The position numbers and the translations under genes were made by a program. Positions 1 through 8,426 of a stretch of DNA of 14,305 nt are shown here, piece by piece; within the stretch, counting starts at the first letter, position 1; every line of letters starts with the position of its first letter. The notes below the pieces were generated by a model that did not search any database, was not told the DNA's origin, and saw only the letters and a program-made list of their open reading frames with translations. Source of the stretch: Calditrichaceae bacterium (GTDB lineage: Bacteria > Calditrichota > Calditrichia > Calditrichales > JBFXGD01); NCBI GenBank assembly GCA_050178385.1, contig JBFXGD010000085.1, positions 1-14,305 on the forward strand, read 5' to 3'.

Positions 1-1
1 T

Positions 2-490
2 GTATGTATGCCTCCAATGTATGTTAATGTGGGCGCATATGTAGGATCGGAGACCATGAACGATTCACACGCGCTGGTGGGAACATGCGCCCAGATCGGC
101 GAACGGGTTCATTTGAGCGCGGGTACCCAAATTGGCGGTGTTCTGGAACCAATCGGCGCTCTCCCCGTCATCATTGAAGACGATGTACTGGTGGGAGGCA
201 ACTGTGGAATCTATGAGGGCGCCGTGGTCCGTAGAGGAGCTGTGATTGCCGCGGGAGTTATTATTACAGGCGGTACGCCGGTGTATGATCTTGTTCATGA
301 AATGGTATACCGTAAGGAAGGAGACAATCCGCTTGAAATTCCGGAAAACGCGGTTGTGGTTCCCGGAAGCAGACCGATCAATAAGGGTTGGGGGAAAGAG
401 CAGGGATTGTCTCTCTACACGCCGGTCATTGTCAAATACAGAGATGAAAAAACATCAAAATCTGTTGCACTTGAAGATTTGTTAAGATAG
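2..490 (+). CDS. dapD: 2,3,4,5-tetrahydropyridine-2,6-dicarboxylate N-succinyltransferase, 5'-truncated by the window edge
   Basis: The frame is open from position 2 ([14 protein letters not shown]...). It has hexapeptide left-handed beta-helix repeats and DapD signatures [35 protein letters not shown]....IYEG and VVVPGS, plus the C-terminal IVKYRDEKT...LEDLLR. Stop TAG at 488-490. Confidence 0.93.
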   Translation, partial: VCMPPMYVNVGAYVGSETMNDSHALVGTCAQIGERVHLSAGTQIGGVLEPIGALPVIIEDDVLVGGNCGIYEGAVVRRGAVIAAGVIITGGTPVYDLVHEMVYRKEGDNPLEIPENAVVVPGSRPINKGWGKEQGLSLYTPVIVKYRDEKTSKSVALEDLLR

Positions 491-578
491 CATTTGTTTA
501 ATAGAGTCAACAATAAATAAATTGAGTTTGGATGAGGGTATGTGAAATTACCTGTCCGTTCTAGCCATTACTTTCTGT

Positions 579-606
579 TTGATTTTCGAAATTAATTCAT
601 TATATT
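579..606 (+). promoter_or_regulatory. Putative sigma70-type promoter of the fad operon
   Basis: TTGATT at 579-584 (-35-like), a 16-nt AT-rich spacer, then TATATT at 601-606 (-10-like). It lies directly upstream of and abuts the operator palindrome. Called by consensus resemblance only. Confidence 0.55.
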
Positions 607-623
607 GAATGAACATTCATTCA
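606..623. promoter_or_regulatory. FadR (YsiA-type TetR) operator / FadR box
   Basis: Perfect inverted repeat TGAATGAA-CA-TTCATTCA, equal to TGAATGA-N4-TCATTCA. This matches the Bacillus subtilis FadR box as I recall it. It covers the end of the -10 and the predicted +1, and ends 18 nt upstream of the fadR start. Confidence 0.88.
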
Positions 624-641
624 TATTTTGGAAAAGGAACA

Positions 642-1244
642 ATGGAAAGTTTGCGTCTGAATCATCGCCGGCAGAAGAAGGAGGCGATAATTGAAGCCGC
701 GGTCAAGGTTTTCGCGGAAAAAGGATTTTACAATTCTAAAGTCACTGATGTCGCCAAGGCGGCAGGAATTGCCGACGGAACCATCTATCTCTACTTCAAA
801 AATAAAGATGATCTTCTCATATCGCTCTTTGAAAGTAAAATGGAGCAGATATTAAAACACTTCAACACTCATCTTCAGGTCAAAAAAGATCCAATCGAGA
901 AACTATCATATTTCTTTGAATTATATTTTGAATTAATCGTCGCGGACGAAAATTTATCAGAAGTCATACAAGTTGAACTTCGGCAATCCAGTAAATTTTT
1001 AAAAGACTATCGCAATCAGAAATTTTTGGATTATCTGAATATTATTGCCGGAATTATCGATGAAGGTAAAAATCAGGATTTTTTCCGGGATGATATTAAT
1101 ACTGATATTGTCAAAATTATGATTTTTGGCGCGATAGATGAAGTTGCCAGACAGTGGATACTTGGCGCGGACACTAAATATACACTGAAGCAGGCGTGTC
1201 AACACGTCACCGCAATCATCATAGATGGTTTATTAAAGAAATAA
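642..1244 (+). CDS. fadR: TetR-family fatty-acid degradation repressor, Bacillus FadR/YsiA-like (200 aa)
   Basis: N-terminal TetR HTH (IIEAAVKVFAEKGF...VAKAAGIADGTIYLYFKNKDDLLISLF) and YsiA-type C-terminal motifs QVELRQS, YLNII and MIFGAIDE...W. The start was moved from 609 to ATG 642, which follows the RBS AAAGGA; ATG 609 lies inside the operator. First gene of a beta-oxidation operon. Confidence 0.9.
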   Translation: MESLRLNHRRQKKEAIIEAAVKVFAEKGFYNSKVTDVAKAAGIADGTIYLYFKNKDDLLISLFESKMEQILKHFNTHLQVKKDPIEKLSYFFELYFELIVADENLSEVIQVELRQSSKFLKDYRNQKFLDYLNIIAGIIDEGKNQDFFRDDINTDIVKIMIFGAIDEVARQWILGADTKYTLKQACQHVTAIIIDGLLKK

Positions 1245-1290
1245 AATTTAAACGGTTTTGCCGTTTAGTAATAATAAATCAGGAGAGCAT

Positions 1291-2577
1291 ATGAAAAACG
1301 TGGTTATCGTAGACGGCCTTCGGACCCCCTATTTGAAGATGGGGACCGAATTCAAGAGTTTACCTGCACACGAACTCGGCGCGATTGTAATGAAAGAATT
1401 GGTTGAAAAAATGGATTTGGAACCGGGGTTAATCAATGAAGTGATCGTCGGAAACGTCGCGCAGCCTCCGGAGGCAACAAACATAGCACGTAACATTGCT
1501 CTGCTTGCGGGACTCCCTCAGAGTATTCCCGCGTTTTCAGTTCAGAGAAATTGTTCAAGCGGAATGCAGGCTGTCGCCGATGCCTGGTACCGAATCCAGA
1601 TGGGCGACGGTGATGTTTATCTCACCGGTGGCGTTGAAAGCATGTCAAACATTCCACTTCTCTGGAACGAGGCGGCTACGAAATGGATGACCAATCTTTT
1701 CAAAGCCAGAAGCGGCGGACAGAAACTATCAACCATGTTTCAATTCAAATTTAAATTTCTTACACCGATCATCGGCCTGCAATTAGGTCTTACGGATGGT
1801 TTTTGCGGATTGAATATGGGAGAAACGGCGGAGATTCTTTCACGTGAATTTAAAATTACACGGGAAGAACAAGATTTGTTTTCCATGAAAAGCCATAATA
1901 AAGCGGAGAAGGCCACGGCAGATGGTATTTTGCAGCAGGAAATTATGCCGGTCGCCATTCCTCCAAAATACGATAAGGTAGCTGATAAAGACAATGGTAT
2001 CCGTAACGGGCAATCCATGGAAGCGCTGGCCAAACTCAAGCCGGTTTTTGACAGACACAATGGTACGGTAACTGCCGGAAACGCCAGCCAGATAACTGAT
2101 GGAGCGGCCATGCTCATGATCATGTCCGAAGACCGCGCGATAGAGCTTGGCTATAAACCGCTCGGAAGGATTAAAGGATTCGCATTTGCAGGATTGGATC
2201 CGGCAAGAATGGGGCTTGGCCCGGCTTACAGTACAAAACTTGCTTTGGAAAAAACCGGTGTTACGATGAAAGATATACAGCGGATTGAAATGAACGAAGC
2301 GTTTGCCGCTCAGGTGATCGCCAACATGCGGATTTTTGAATCGGACGCGTTGAGCAAAAAATATCTTGGACTCGATAAAGCCATGGGCGCGATTGATGAA
2401 AATATAATGAATGTCAATGGCGGCGCCATTGCCCTGGGGCATCCGGTAGGATCATCGGCGAGCAGACTGCTGCTTACTCTGTTAAAGGAACTGCACCGGA
2501 GTGACCTGGAGCTTGGGTTGGCCACATTATGCGTCGGCGGCGGCCAGGGAGCGGCTTTTGTGGTTGAACGTGTATAA
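1291..2577 (+). CDS. fadI: 3-ketoacyl-CoA thiolase, FadI/trifunctional-enzyme beta-subunit-like (428 aa)
   Basis: Thiolase motifs: RTP, active-site RNCSSG, GGVESMS, VTAGNASQITDGAA, NEAFAAQ, NVNGGAIALGHP and CVGGGQG. It carries the FadI/HADHB-type insertions (amphipathic segment after MSNIP; extra segment FESDALSKKYLG). Start ATG 1291 follows AGGAG at 1281-1285. Thiolase call is firm; fadI versus fadA is less certain. Confidence 0.9.
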   Translation: MKNVVIVDGLRTPYLKMGTEFKSLPAHELGAIVMKELVEKMDLEPGLINEVIVGNVAQPPEATNIARNIALLAGLPQSIPAFSVQRNCSSGMQAVADAWYRIQMGDGDVYLTGGVESMSNIPLLWNEAATKWMTNLFKARSGGQKLSTMFQFKFKFLTPIIGLQLGLTDGFCGLNMGETAEILSREFKITREEQDLFSMKSHNKAEKATADGILQQEIMPVAIPPKYDKVADKDNGIRNGQSMEALAKLKPVFDRHNGTVTAGNASQITDGAAMLMIMSEDRAIELGYKPLGRIKGFAFAGLDPARMGLGPAYSTKLALEKTGVTMKDIQRIEMNEAFAAQVIANMRIFESDALSKKYLGLDKAMGAIDENIMNVNGGAIALGHPVGSSASRLLLTLLKELHRSDLELGLATLCVGGGQGAAFVVERV

Positions 2578-2642
2578 AGAAGCAGAGATAAGCCGCAGTA
2601 ATTAATGATGACTTTTATCGAAAATTAAAAATGGAATAAAAA

Positions 2643-4778
2643 ATGGGAAAAGCATTCACCTTTGAAAAAACAGATGAAGCCATAGGCATCCTGAATTTTG
2701 ATCTTGAAGGAGAAAAGGTCAATAAATTCTCCGCTGAGGTAATGATGGAGCTGCAGGAGCAAATTAATCAGCTGAAAAATCAGAAAGACCTGAAATGTCT
2801 CCTGTTAATGAGTAAAAAAGAAGGAATCTTCATTGCCGGCGCGGATATTAATGAGATAAAAGATGTTACCGATGCAAAAGACGGTTATGAAGCCGGACGC
2901 AGGGGGCAGCAAATATATAACCAGTTCGCGGCGCTTCCCTTTCCGACTGTTTCAGTTATTCACGGGGCGTGCATGGGAGGCGGGACAGAATTGAGCCTGG
3001 CCTGTACTTACCGTATTGCGTCAGACAGCCCAAAGACAAAAATAGCGCTCCCCGAAGTGAATCTGGGTATTCTGCCCGGTTGGGGAGGAACACAAAGGCT
3101 CCCGGCGCTGATCGGTTTGCAGAGGTCATTTGATATTATTCTGACAGGGAAAAATCTCGATGCAAAACGGGCATGGAAAACCGGATTAGTTGATCGGATT
3201 ATAGCTGCCGAGTGGGTCAAAGAAAAAGCGATCGAATTCGCGAAAGAAATCATCGCGGGGAATGGGCACAAATATACAGGCCGCAGAAAGCCTAAGGGTA
3301 TGATGAACGCTTTTCTGGAAAAAACATCCGTTGGCCGGAATATTATGTTTTCGCAGGCTAAAAAGATGATTATGAAAAAGTCTGGCGGACATTATCCAGC
3401 CCCGTTGCGGGCATTGGATACATTAAAAAAGACAAGGTCAATGCCCTTGGAAGAGGCGCTTGAAATAGAGGCCAAGGCATTGGGAGATCTGCTTATCACG
3501 CCTGTTTCAAAAAATCTTGTCCAGCTATTCTTCTGGATGGAAGAAATAAAAAAGGAAAACGGCGTCGATAACAAGGAAATTGCTTCGAAATCAATGAAAA
3601 AAGTCTGTGTCCTTGGAGCCGGAGTCATGGGCGGTGGAATCGCGCAGCTATTCGCCGGTAAAGACATGGATGTGCGGGTTAAGGATATCAATTATGAAGC
3701 GGTGGCGAAAGCTTATAGTCAGGCGGCGGATGTTCTGAAGAGCAAGCTGAAAAGAAGAAGGCTTACCAAAGAAAAATATCGTGAGATTATGCTAAGGATT
3801 TCAGGCACGACCGATTATAGCGGTTTCAAGAATGCCGATCTGGTGGTCGAGGCCATTGTGGAAGACTTAGGGGTCAAGAAAAAAGTCCTTGCCGATCTGG
3901 AAAATCATGTAAGTGAACATGCAATTATCGCGAGCAATACATCTTCATTAAGAATAGACGACATGGCCGATGCTCTAAAACACAAGGAGCGCTTTGTCGG
4001 TATGCACTTCTTTAATCCGGTGCATCGCATGCCGCTCGTGGAGATTGTACGGGGCAAGCATACTTCGGATGAGGCGGTCGCGGCAATATTCGAACTGACA
4101 AAAAAAGCAGGTAAAACACCGATTGTAGTGAATGACGGCCCCGGCTTTCTTGTGAACCGGTTATTGGTACCGTACATGGTGGAGGCGGTTTCACTTCTCG
4201 AAGAAGGATACGGAATAGAACATATTGATCGGGTGATGAAAAAATTCGGAATGCCGATGGGCCCGATTGAACTATTTGATGAAGTTGGTATTGATGTATC
4301 GTTTAAAGTAGCGAAAATCCTGCAAAAAACTATGGGTGATCGTATGGCGGAATCAGATCTTCTCGAAAAAATGCTTGGAGCCAAACGACTTGGGAAGAAA
4401 AATGGTGTCGGTTTTTATCGCTATAAAGGAAAAGCCAAAGAATTCGATCCGTCAATTCAGGATTTTATCACGGTGAAAAATAAGACCAGTCTCTCGGATG
4501 ATCTGATCGTCAGGAGGATGGTGTATCCGATGATTAATGAAGCGGCTCGGTGTCTGCAGGAAGGCATTGCATCGCGGCCGAAGGACGTTGATATGGGTAT
4601 GATTTTTGGTACCGGATTTGCCCCGTTCAGAGGCGGTTTATTAAAATATGCCGATAGTGAAGGTCTTGATAATGTTGTAAAAAGTCTGGAAGATTTTGAG
4701 AAACAATTCGGCGGCAGATTCAAGCCATCCGACTATATTGTCGGGTTGAAAAATTCAGAAAGCAAATTTTATAAATAA
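2643..4778 (+). CDS. fadJ: Fatty-acid oxidation complex alpha subunit: enoyl-CoA hydratase + 3-hydroxyacyl-CoA dehydrogenase, FadJ-like (711 aa)
   Basis: Crotonase domain with FIAGADI, GACMGGGTELSLAC and LPEVNLGILPGWGGTQRL (both catalytic Glu present), HYPAP linker, Rossmann VLGAGVMGGGIA, VEAIVE, ASNTSSL, GMHFFNPV..MPLVE, PGFLVNR and FGTGFAPFRGG. Directly follows the thiolase. Confidence 0.92.
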   Translation: MGKAFTFEKTDEAIGILNFDLEGEKVNKFSAEVMMELQEQINQLKNQKDLKCLLLMSKKEGIFIAGADINEIKDVTDAKDGYEAGRRGQQIYNQFAALPFPTVSVIHGACMGGGTELSLACTYRIASDSPKTKIALPEVNLGILPGWGGTQRLPALIGLQRSFDIILTGKNLDAKRAWKTGLVDRIIAAEWVKEKAIEFAKEIIAGNGHKYTGRRKPKGMMNAFLEKTSVGRNIMFSQAKKMIMKKSGGHYPAPLRALDTLKKTRSMPLEEALEIEAKALGDLLITPVSKNLVQLFFWMEEIKKENGVDNKEIASKSMKKVCVLGAGVMGGGIAQLFAGKDMDVRVKDINYEAVAKAYSQAADVLKSKLKRRRLTKEKYREIMLRISGTTDYSGFKNADLVVEAIVEDLGVKKKVLADLENHVSEHAIIASNTSSLRIDDMADALKHKERFVGMHFFNPVHRMPLVEIVRGKHTSDEAVAAIFELTKKAGKTPIVVNDGPGFLVNRLLVPYMVEAVSLLEEGYGIEHIDRVMKKFGMPMGPIELFDEVGIDVSFKVAKILQKTMGDRMAESDLLEKMLGAKRLGKKNGVGFYRYKGKAKEFDPSIQDFITVKNKTSLSDDLIVRRMVYPMINEAARCLQEGIASRPKDVDMGMIFGTGFAPFRGGLLKYADSEGLDNVVKSLEDFEKQFGGRFKPSDYIVGLKNSESKFYK

Positions 4779-4824
4779 AGAGTGATACTTTAAAAAACAA
4801 ATCTGATTTGTAAAGGAGAATTTG

Positions 4825-6561
4825 ATGGCAGATTCAGCCTTGCCTAGTTTTTCGAAAGGATTGTTCAGTGGAGTAATCCTGGAAGATTTAGTTTTCCCAT
4901 ATCCAAAAATGGATAAGGAGGAAGCTGAGAATGTGAGCATGATGATTGACACATTCAAAAAATTTGCAGAAGATAATATTGACGCCGCCAAAATTGATGA
5001 AGATGCAAAAATCCCCGATGAAGTGATAAAGGGTTTGAAGGAATTGGGATTTTTTGGAATGATTATTCCGGAAGAATTCGACGGCTTTGGGCTGTCAACC
5101 ACCGGTTATGTGAAAATGCTCGATACTATCGGCGGCATTGAAGGTGGCACGGCTCTGACGCTGGGCGCGCATCAATCGATTGGCCTGAAGGCGTTGTTAT
5201 TATTTGGAAATGATGAACAGAAGAAAAAATATCTGCCAAAACTCGCCACAGGTGAAATGATCGCGGCGTATTGTCTCACCGAACCCGGCGCCGGATCAGA
5301 TGCCGCGGGTATTAAGACCCGCGTTGTCCGGGATGAGAAAAACGGGTATTATGTCATGAACGGCAGTAAGTTGTGGATAACCAATGGCGGAATCGCGGAT
5401 TTTTTCACCGTGTTCGCAAAAGAACCGGTAGAGGGAAAAGACGGGAAAATAAAGGACAAGATCAGCGCGTTTATCGTGACCCGTGATATGGCCGGAGTGT
5501 CATCGGGAAAAGAAGAAGCAAAACTGGGTATAAAAGGATCATCAACGGCAGAAGTGTATTTTGAAGATGTAAAAGTGCCGTTTGAAAATTTATTGGGAGA
5601 GCCCGGAAAAGGATTTAAGGTGGCGATGGAGGTCTTAAATTCAGGCCGTTTAGGTTTGGCGGGCGGATCAATCGGCGGATTGAAATCCCTCTTAAAAATT
5701 GTGATCGATCATATATCACAACGCAAACAGTTTGGAAAAACACTTGCTGAGTTTGAAATGATTCAGGAAAAAATATCTCAGATCGCCATCGATATTTTTG
5801 CCTCCGAGAGCATGGTTTACCTGACAACCGCCATGATCGACAGAGGAGATGTTGATTATTCACTTGAGTCGGCCATGTGCAAAGTAAAAGCAACCGAAAT
5901 TGCCTGGGAAGGGGTCAATGAATGTCTGCAGATGGCCGGAGGTCTGGGGTATATGAAAGAATACCCATACCAGCAATATCTGAGAGACATGCGTATTAAC
6001 ATGATTTTTGAAGGAACCAATGAAATATTAAGAATGTTTACAGCTTTGGCGGGCTTACAGGAACGAGGTGAATATCTCAAAAAAATCGGGAAAGCGCTTC
6101 GGGGGCCGATCAAGGGATTTGGTTTATTGACTGATTACGCGACCCATTGGGTAAAAGGACGTATATCAAAAGAACGGATCCATGAGGTTCATTCATCTAT
6201 CAGCCATTCCAAAAATCAGTTTGAAAACTGGGCCAAAAATCTGTACATCACAACTGAACGGGTTCTGATGCAGCATGGCAAAGAAATTATTTACAGAGAA
6301 ATGATTCAGCACCGGCTTGCTGACGCGATAATTGATTTGTACGGAATGATTGCAACGATATCGAGAGTGGATACACTTATCAATGAAAAAGGGGCCGAAA
6401 AGTGTCAAAAAGAGATCCAGTTATGCAACGCGTTTTGTGAACAGGCATGGCGCAGAGTCCGCAGGAATCTCTTAATGATCGATAAAAACGATGATCATGA
6501 TTTAAAACAGATATCGGATTTCATTATTGAAGAAAAACAGTATCCATTCGCGACACATTAG
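4825..6561 (+). CDS. Long/very-long-chain acyl-CoA dehydrogenase, VLCAD/ACAD9-like (578 aa)
   Basis: ACAD motifs AYCLTEPGAGSDA, NGSKLWITNG, KLGIKGSST, RKQFG, GGLGYM.EYP and catalytic IFEGTNEILR. It has the VLCAD-type N-terminus (SFSKGLFSG....LVFPYP), TLGAHQSIG and a long C-terminal helical extension. RBS AAGGAG at 4813-4818 favours ATG 4825 over TTG 4822. Confidence 0.92.
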   Translation: MADSALPSFSKGLFSGVILEDLVFPYPKMDKEEAENVSMMIDTFKKFAEDNIDAAKIDEDAKIPDEVIKGLKELGFFGMIIPEEFDGFGLSTTGYVKMLDTIGGIEGGTALTLGAHQSIGLKALLLFGNDEQKKKYLPKLATGEMIAAYCLTEPGAGSDAAGIKTRVVRDEKNGYYVMNGSKLWITNGGIADFFTVFAKEPVEGKDGKIKDKISAFIVTRDMAGVSSGKEEAKLGIKGSSTAEVYFEDVKVPFENLLGEPGKGFKVAMEVLNSGRLGLAGGSIGGLKSLLKIVIDHISQRKQFGKTLAEFEMIQEKISQIAIDIFASESMVYLTTAMIDRGDVDYSLESAMCKVKATEIAWEGVNECLQMAGGLGYMKEYPYQQYLRDMRINMIFEGTNEILRMFTALAGLQERGEYLKKIGKALRGPIKGFGLLTDYATHWVKGRISKERIHEVHSSISHSKNQFENWAKNLYITTERVLMQHGKEIIYREMIQHRLADAIIDLYGMIATISRVDTLINEKGAEKCQKEIQLCNAFCEQAWRRVRRNLLMIDKNDDHDLKQISDFIIEEKQYPFATH

Positions 6562-6614
6562 AGTATAACAATGTTAAATAATAAATTATATAACCGTATA
6601 AAAGGGAGGCAGAT

Positions 6615-7364
6615 GTGAATATAGCTGTATGTGTAAAACAAGTACCTGATACGGAAACCCGCATCAAGTTAAGTGAAAACAAGAAAAAGGTAATCGAGGA
6701 TGATATTCAGTTTATTCTCAACCCTTATGATGAATTCGCAGTTGAGGAAGCTCTGAAGTTGAAAGAAAAAAACGGCGGAGATGTTACGGTGATTTCTATG
6801 GGTCCGGACCGGATAACCCAGGCCATCAGGAGCGCTCTTGCCATGGGAGCAAATAAAGCGATTCATATTAAGGCAGATGTAAATCCCAATGATCCGGCTG
6901 TTGTGGCGGAAGCCTTGGCCGGGGTGCTTAAGCAAGGTAATTATGATCTAATCATGCTCGGAAAACAGGCGATTGATGATGATCATACTCAAATGGCTTC
7001 ATTGTTGGCGGAAAAGCTTGATCTGCCGGCAGTAAGCGTTGTAGTTAAACTGGATATAAATGGTGATACGGTGGTTGCCGAACGGGAAATTGACGGCGCC
7101 CATGAAGTTATCGAAACCAAGCTGCCCGCAATAATATCCGCGCAGCGCGGATTGAATGAACCACGCTATGCTTCACTAAAAGGCATTATGTCCGCCAAAA
7201 AAATCCAGATTGAACAGATTGACGCACAGGTTTCGGAGGACCAATTACAAATAGTTGAATTTAATTATCCGCCGGCAAAAAATCCCGGAAAAATTGTGGG
7301 AAAAGACGCGGATGCAGTTCCTGAATTGCTGAGACTTCTTCATGAAGAAGCAAAAGTAATCTAA
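6615..7364 (+). CDS. etfB: Electron transfer flavoprotein subunit beta
   Basis: AVCVKQVPD, LNPYDEFAVEEAL, ALAMGA, GKQAIDDD, REIDG and recognition loop LNEPRYASLKGIMSAKK. GTG start after RBS GGGAGG. Confidence 0.95.
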   Translation: MNIAVCVKQVPDTETRIKLSENKKKVIEDDIQFILNPYDEFAVEEALKLKEKNGGDVTVISMGPDRITQAIRSALAMGANKAIHIKADVNPNDPAVVAEALAGVLKQGNYDLIMLGKQAIDDDHTQMASLLAEKLDLPAVSVVVKLDINGDTVVAEREIDGAHEVIETKLPAIISAQRGLNEPRYASLKGIMSAKKIQIEQIDAQVSEDQLQIVEFNYPPAKNPGKIVGKDADAVPELLRLLHEEAKVI

Positions 7365-7430
7365 TTCAACCGGTTGTAATTGTAAGTAAAACCGAAAAAT
7401 GATTAATCTGATCGAGAAAGGAAATTTACA

Positions 7431-8381
7431 ATGAAAATTTTGGTGTTCGCTGAACATAGAGATAATGAGCTGAGAAAAATAGCTTTTGAAAATGTCACAC
7501 TGGCAAAAAAGCTGGGCCAGCCTTTCGAAGTGGCAGTAATTGGCTCCGATGTTAAGGGGCTTGAAGAACAGCTTGGAAAATACGGCGCGGAAAAAGTTGT
7601 GTTTTATAAAAGTGACAATCTGGCGAGCTATAGTGCTGACGGATATGCTAAAATTCTTGCTGAAGCGGTTGAGAATCAGGGCGCGGATGTTTTGCTGATG
7701 GGCGCGACAGCTACTGGTAAAGATCTGGCGCCGAGAGTCGCCGCGAGACTTAATGCGGCTATGGCAACTGACAGCACGCAGGTTGAAGTGGATGGAGACA
7801 ATCTAAAGATTATCCGTCCGATGTATGCCGGAAAAGTACGCGCGACCATAAAACTGACGTCAAAATATAAAGTAGTTACTGTTCGCCCGAATGTGTATTC
7901 CGCCACAGAAAATCCGGCAACCGCGCAGGTGGAAACCAAAGAAGCCGCGACAACGGATTTTAAAACCGTCGTAAAAGAAATGATTTCCGGCGCAAAGGGT
8001 AAGCTCGATGTGACCGAGGCGGATATCATTGTATCCGGCGGGCGTGGAATGAAAGGCCCGGAGAACTGGCATCTGATCGAAGAACTGGCATCCTTGCTTG
8101 GAGCCGCAAACGGCGCATCACGCGCGGCGGTTGACGCGGGCTGGCGTCCTCATGACGAACAGGTAGGACAAACAGGAAAAACAGTGTCCCCGAGTCTTTA
8201 TTTCGCGGTGGGTATTTCCGGGGCGATTCAGCATCTTGCCGGAATGTCATCTTCTAAATATATCGTCGCCATAAACAAGGATCCGGACGCGCCGATCTTT
8301 AAACTCGCTGATTATGGAATCGTCGCGGATCTTTTTGATGTGGTTCCAAGAATGATTGAAGAGCTAAAAAATACAAAATAA
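7431..8381 (+). CDS. etfA: Electron transfer flavoprotein subunit alpha
   Basis: GKDLAPRVAA, RPMYAG, EADIIVSGGRG, GASRAAVDAGW, QVGQTGKTV.P.LY.AVGISGAIQHLAGM and AINKDPDAPIF. RBS AAAGGA upstream. Confidence 0.96.
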   Translation: MKILVFAEHRDNELRKIAFENVTLAKKLGQPFEVAVIGSDVKGLEEQLGKYGAEKVVFYKSDNLASYSADGYAKILAEAVENQGADVLLMGATATGKDLAPRVAARLNAAMATDSTQVEVDGDNLKIIRPMYAGKVRATIKLTSKYKVVTVRPNVYSATENPATAQVETKEAATTDFKTVVKEMISGAKGKLDVTEADIIVSGGRGMKGPENWHLIEELASLLGAANGASRAAVDAGWRPHDEQVGQTGKTVSPSLYFAVGISGAIQHLAGMSSSKYIVAINKDPDAPIFKLADYGIVADLFDVVPRMIEELKNTK

Positions 8382-8426
8382 CGACTTCTCCAAAACACAG
8401 GATAGGTTCGAAGAGTTTTATCTATC

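Noticed and set aside
609..641. Longer N-terminus of the TetR ORF from ATG 609
   Set aside because: ATG 609 lies inside the operator, upstream of the predicted +1 and without an RBS. ATG 642 has AAAGGA at suitable spacing.
1258..1290. TTG 1258 start for the thiolase
   Set aside because: AGGAG at 1281-1285 points to ATG 1291, which gives a typical thiolase N-terminus (MKNVVIVDGLRTP).
6566..6576. TAACA-A-TGTTA palindrome before etfB as an internal operator
   Set aside because: Short, all within very AT-rich sequence, and unlike the FadR box; likely chance.
1740..8250. Many antisense or alternate-frame ORFs (e.g. 1840-2442, 3905-4384, 4755-5102, 7676-8029)
   Set aside because: They lie within strongly conserved genes on the opposite strand, have Ser/Pro/Ile/Phe-rich shadow composition and show no recognisable motifs.
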